DNA of 21,128 nt from Chlamydiae bacterium RIFCSPHIGHO2_12_FULL_49_11 (GTDB lineage: Bacteria; Chlamydiota; Chlamydiia; Chlamydiales; 2-12-FULL-49-11), in NCBI GenBank assembly GCA_001794905.1, contig MGLW01000036.1, positions 1 through 21,128 of the forward strand, read 5' to 3'. The notes beneath the pieces are model-generated. The model was not told the DNA's origin and did no database searches. It saw nothing but the letters and a program-made list of their open reading frames with translations. A program made the translations under genes and the position numbers. This document shows positions 18,118-21,128 of this stretch, piece by piece. The number at the start of each line of letters is the position of its first letter. Positions within the stretch are counted from its first letter, which is position 1.

Positions 18118-19094
18118 TTGTTCACGTTTGCACGGTACCAGTCGATCGTTGTCTTTAGGCCTTCCTTGAGGTCAGTATTCGGCTGCCATCCAAGGTTCCG
18201 AATCTTGCTAATATCGAGAAGACGTTTCGGCATTCCATCGGGCCGCGATGTGTCACAACGTATTTCCCCTTCGTAGCCTACAAGGGATTTGATCAGTGAT
18301 GCTACTTCAGCAATCGAAATATCGCTTTCCGTTCCCACATTGATCGTTTCTTCGCCGTCATAATTTTCCATCAGAAAAAGGCAGGCATCGGCCAGGTCGT
18401 CGACAAATAAGAATTCCCGTGTCGGCTTGCCCGTGCCCCAGAGAGTAATATAAGGGAGATTCTTTTCTTTTGCTTCAACGCATTTGCGGATCAGTGCCGG
18501 AAGGGCATGCGAGTTTTCGGGGTGAAAGTTGTCTCCGACGCCGAAGAGGTTCGTCGGCATGCATGAAATGAAATTCACTCCGTATTGCCGTTTATAGTGG
18601 CGGCACATTTCAAGTCCGGCAATTTTTGCAAGCGCATAAGCATCGTTGGTCTTTTCCAAGAGGCCGGTGAGAAGGTACTCTTCTTTGATCGGTTGCGGGC
18701 AGTCCCTGGGATAAATGCAGGCTGAACCAAGGAAGAGGAGTTTTTTTACCCCCGTTTTATAGGCGGCGTGGATTATGTTTGTGCCGATCGTGATGTTGTC
18801 GTAGATGAACTCTGCGGGATATGTGTAATTGGCAAAAATACCGCCTACTTTTGCGGCGCCGAGAAACACGTATTCGGGACGCTCACTTTCAAAAAACGCG
18901 TTCACTGCACTTTGATCCCGAAGATCGAGGTCTTTCGAAGAGTAGCGAATGATGTGGGTGAATCCTTCCTGTTCCAGTTTTCGGCAAATGGCCGAACCGA
19001 CGAGGCCTCGGTGACCAGCAACATAAATTTTAGCATCTCTTGGAATCGGGGCGGCAGAGAGAAAAAGGGGCAAAAGTAAAAACAACCATCGCAT
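18114..19094 (-). CDS. fcl: GDP-L-fucose synthase (GDP-4-keto-6-deoxy-D-mannose 3,5-epimerase/4-reductase) with N-terminal signal-peptide-like extension
   Basis: KIYVAGHRGLVGSAI, AAKVGGI.AN..YPAEFIYDN, FLGSACIYP, YALAK (YxxxK), MPTNLFG..DNF, SHALPAL and WGTGKPTREFL.VDD. The start is ATG 19094, 8 nt after AGGAG. Confidence 0.93.
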   Translation of the reverse strand: MRWLFLLLPLFLSAAPIPRDAKIYVAGHRGLVGSAICRKLEQEGFTHIIRYSSKDLDLRDQSAVNAFFESERPEYVFLGAAKVGGIFANYTYPAEFIYDNITIGTNIIHAAYKTGVKKLLFLGSACIYPRDCPQPIKEEYLLTGLLEKTNDAYALAKIAGLEMCRHYKRQYGVNFISCMPTNLFGVGDNFHPENSHALPALIRKCVEAKEKNLPYITLWGTGKPTREFLFVDDLADACLFLMENYDGEETINVGTESDISIAEVASLIKSLVGYEGEIRCDTSRPDGMPKRLLDISKIRNLGWQPNTDLKEGLKTTIDWYRANVNK

Positions 19095-19128
19095 GGAATA
19101 AACTCCTGTTTTCACAAGAGTTTATTCC
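19095..19128 (-). promoter_or_regulatory. 15-bp hairpin/inverted repeat covering the fcl RBS
   Basis: Minus strand GGAATAAACTCTTGT-GAAA-ACAGGAGTTTATTCC, immediately followed by ATG. 14 Watson-Crick pairs and 1 G-U pair. Confidence 0.75.
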
Positions 19129-19147
19129 GATATTAAAAAAAAGACAA
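19119..19147 (-). promoter_or_regulatory. Putative sigma66 promoter of fcl
   Basis: TTGTCT (19147-19142), 17-nt spacer, TAAACT (19124-19119). Confidence 0.55.
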
Positions 19148-19170
19148 GGAGAAGTTTGCTCCTTTCCTTG
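19135..19170 (-). terminator. Intrinsic terminator of hsp20
   Basis: Minus strand CAAGGAAAGGAGCAAACTTCTCCTTG hairpin followed by TC and T8, starting 5 nt after the hsp20 stop. Confidence 0.7.
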
Positions 19171-19175
19171 CAAAT

Positions 19176-19604
19176 CTATTTGCGTTTTGAGGAAATATTG
19201 ATTTTGCGCGGTTGACGCTGCTTGGATTTGTCGAAGGAAATGGAAAGAACCCCTTTCTCATAATTTGCTTTGGGTTCCTTTGTTTCATCGACCGATTCGG
19301 GTAGCGCCACTTGGTAGGCAAATTGGTTGGAAGAGCGGTAGATGTATTTTTTGCCGTCTTCTTTTTCTTCCCTTTGGCCTCGTACCGTTAAAATGCCGTG
19401 GTCGAGAGTGACTTCGATTTTATCTTCATCCACCCCGGGAAGCGCCGTTTCTACATAAATGTGGGCGTCGTCTTCCGAAAGACTGATGCCGCGCTGCTGC
19501 GTGCCTCGCCATGGGCGAAACAGATCATTTTCGTCGTCCCAAAATGTTTCGAAAAGTTGGGATAACGGATGTTTGTACCGTTGCGGGCTTCTTTTATCGT
19601 CCAT
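19176..19604 (-). CDS. Small heat-shock protein Hsp20/alpha-crystallin family
   Basis: EDDAHIYVETALPGVDEDKIEVTLDHGILTVRGQR, VALPESVD, ANYEKGVLSISFDK and C-terminal I-x-I (KINI). AGGAGG RBS. Confidence 0.95.
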   Translation of the reverse strand: MDDKRSPQRYKHPLSQLFETFWDDENDLFRPWRGTQQRGISLSEDDAHIYVETALPGVDEDKIEVTLDHGILTVRGQREEKEDGKKYIYRSSNQFAYQVALPESVDETKEPKANYEKGVLSISFDKSKQRQPRKINISSKRK

Positions 19605-19632
19605 ATAAACCTCCTATGGTTTAGCAAACATC

Positions 19633-19661
19633 ACTTTAACAATTGTTCCGATTTTTAGCAA
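19633..19661 (-). promoter_or_regulatory. Sigma66 promoter of hsp20
   Basis: TTGCTA (19661-19656), 17-nt spacer, TAAAGT (19638-19633). The -35 lies within the CIRCE arm. Confidence 0.6.
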
Positions 19662-19681
19662 TCGAAATCGTGAAGTGCCAA
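19655..19681. promoter_or_regulatory. CIRCE operator (HrcA binding site)
   Basis: TTAGCAATC-N9-AAGTGCCAA versus consensus TTAGCACTC-N9-GAGTGCTAA (8/9 and 7/9, exact spacing), directly upstream of a heat-shock gene. Confidence 0.85.
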
Positions 19682-19684
19682 ATG

Positions 19685-20839
19685 TTAGAGGGTGGCCAGT
19701 TTGTGAGGGCGGAGTGCAAAGAAGAGGGCGATGTAGAGAGAGATCAAAACAAGAAAAGAGAAGAGAGTATAGAAAAAAATCGATGACGGGGATGCATTGT
19801 GAAGGAAAATAAGGGGGATAAAGAAAGCAACCGATCCGTAAAAGTAAAGGGTGGAGAGGTTGCGGCCGCGATATTCACCCGGGCTTTTTTTTGTGAAGAG
19901 TTCATGGACGGTAAGGTAGGCCGGCGTAAGCGTTACGGCAACGATCAGAGTAAAAAAGGAGCGGAGCGTGAAAGTGATTTCGGGAAAGGAAAAGAATAGG
20001 GCCGCGGCGCTTGCCATCATCATCACGAGCGGCGTCCATTTGATGGGCCTATTCCTGTACATCAGGTAGTAAAATCCAATACCGATAAAGGAGCCGAGGA
20101 GAAAAAAGTCGAGCAGGAGGTGGGAGATGTCCTGTAGGGAAACGAAGATGAGCTGGCCCATCAGGTAAAAACAAGAAACTTCTAAAAGGAACAGTGGCCT
20201 TAGCTTCGGAACGCGTTTGAATTCCAAGAGGGCTATGATCGGTTCATGCAGGGGAAGGATCAGCCACCCTTTTTTGAAACTCATGGGCATGCCGGAGGGG
20301 AGAAAAACGGCAAGTGGAAAGGTGGCAAGCGCAAGGAAAAGCAAGGAGGAATAAAGAATAACCAGGGACCGGACCGAAAGTTCTATGGGAGAAAAATATT
20401 GGAACGAGAGCACAGCGATCACGAAAGCGATAAAGTAAATCAGGCGCAGTGAAAAGAGGCTGGTTTTGGGATAGGTTTCGACGGTGTAGCCGTCAATCGT
20501 GATGAGAAAAAGGGGGGAAAGCAGGCTAAACAAAATGAGGCAAAAGAAAAAGCTGAGGACGGGAGACACAAAAAGGAGGAGAAGGCCGATCACACAGGTG
20601 ACGATTTGCGCCGCTTCCAGAAAGAGAAGGAGGTGGCTTTTGCTGAAATGGTCCGAAGCGATGCCGCTTTGCAGTGAGGAAAGAAAAAATGGAAGCACAA
20701 AAGAGAGGCCGACCATCGAAATGAGGTGGGGATAAGTACATGCTCCGCACAGGAGGTGAAGAGCAAAAATGAAAAAAGTGATGAGGCGCCCAAATTCGAG
20801 AAAGGTATAAAGGCAGAGTTTCCAAATGTCACCGTGCAT
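19685..20839 (-). CDS. Divergent MFS transporter, possibly LplT (lysophospholipid transporter)-like
   Basis: Very hydrophobic, with LPFFL.S...GIASDHFSK (motif A-like) and SPGEYRGRNLS. ATG 20839 overlaps the peptidase 3' end. Confidence 0.65.
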   Translation of the reverse strand: MHGDIWKLCLYTFLEFGRLITFFIFALHLLCGACTYPHLISMVGLSFVLPFFLSSLQSGIASDHFSKSHLLLFLEAAQIVTCVIGLLLLFVSPVLSFFFCLILFSLLSPLFLITIDGYTVETYPKTSLFSLRLIYFIAFVIAVLSFQYFSPIELSVRSLVILYSSLLFLALATFPLAVFLPSGMPMSFKKGWLILPLHEPIIALLEFKRVPKLRPLFLLEVSCFYLMGQLIFVSLQDISHLLLDFFLLGSFIGIGFYYLMYRNRPIKWTPLVMMMASAAALFFSFPEITFTLRSFFTLIVAVTLTPAYLTVHELFTKKSPGEYRGRNLSTLYFYGSVAFFIPLIFLHNASPSSIFFYTLFSFLVLISLYIALFFALRPHKLATL

Positions 20840-21128
20840 ACGCAAATACCTTGCTCAGGAACGCGACTTCGAGCTCGAGAGCGGCAATCAGCGTCTCTTT
20901 AGCACGAAAGCCGTGCGATTCGTTCTCAAACAGGACAAGCTCGGTCATGACTCCCCTTTTTTTGAGGGCCTCATGCATGAGGATCGATTGGTTTGGAGGA
21001 ACGACGGGATCTTTTTTTCCCTGTAAGAAGAGTACAGGAGTGTTAATCCGGTCTGCATGATGGATAGGAGAGCGCTCTTTGAAGAGTTCCTTATTCTCGG
21101 AATAGGGGGCAATGAGGTGGTCGAAATA
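20829..21128 (-). CDS. S9 family (prolyl oligopeptidase/acylaminoacyl peptidase) C-terminal part; runs off the right edge
   Basis: Not in the ORF track. Manual translation gives ...ERSPIHHADRINTPVLFLQGKKDPVVPPNQS...FENESHGFR...VFAYAR*, containing the catalytic Asp (QGxxD) and His (ExHGF). Confidence 0.9.
   Translation of the reverse strand, partial: YFDHLIAPYSENKELFKERSPIHHADRINTPVLFLQGKKDPVVPPNQSILMHEALKKRGVMTELVLFENESHGFRAKETLIAALELEVAFLSKVFAYAR

Noticed and set aside
19095-19115. ORF-track start of fcl at GTG 19115
   Set aside because: It lies inside the hairpin and upstream of the AGGAG RBS, which is correctly spaced for ATG 19094.

Overview
Core chromosomal segment of a bacterium that is very probably an environmental member of the Chlamydiota. 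This is inferred from the dciA-gyrB-gyrA-tmk-holB order, the HPHGE-x-VIYPT GyrA motif, and infC-rpmI-rplT-pheS without an adjacent pheT. From left to right: truncated typA (-); a tightly packed + operon dciA-gyrB-gyrA-tmk-holB-nusB-murB-PHP hydrolase; two orphan ORFs and a YtqB/MnmM-like methyltransferase (-); tRNA-Val(GAC) followed by infC-rpmI-rplT-pheS and a DHA2-type MFS transporter (+). The right-hand end is more accessory: an LRR protein whose 5' end looks frameshifted, an orphan ORF, a nested palindromic (MITE/RPE-like) element, a small LiaF-like membrane protein, a lone GDP-L-fucose synthase, a CIRCE-controlled hsp20, an LplT-like MFS protein and the 3' end of an S9 peptidase. The most unusual observations are three. 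(1) The normally cytoplasmic GDP-fucose synthase carries an added Sec-type signal peptide. (2) A near-perfect 15-bp GAAA-capped hairpin covers its ribosome-binding site and straddles its own predicted promoter, just downstream of the heat-shock gene. (3) The nested palindrome at 17559-17774. No CRISPR array, rRNA, integrase or transposase was seen. All calls come from reading motifs by eye; no database searches were run.
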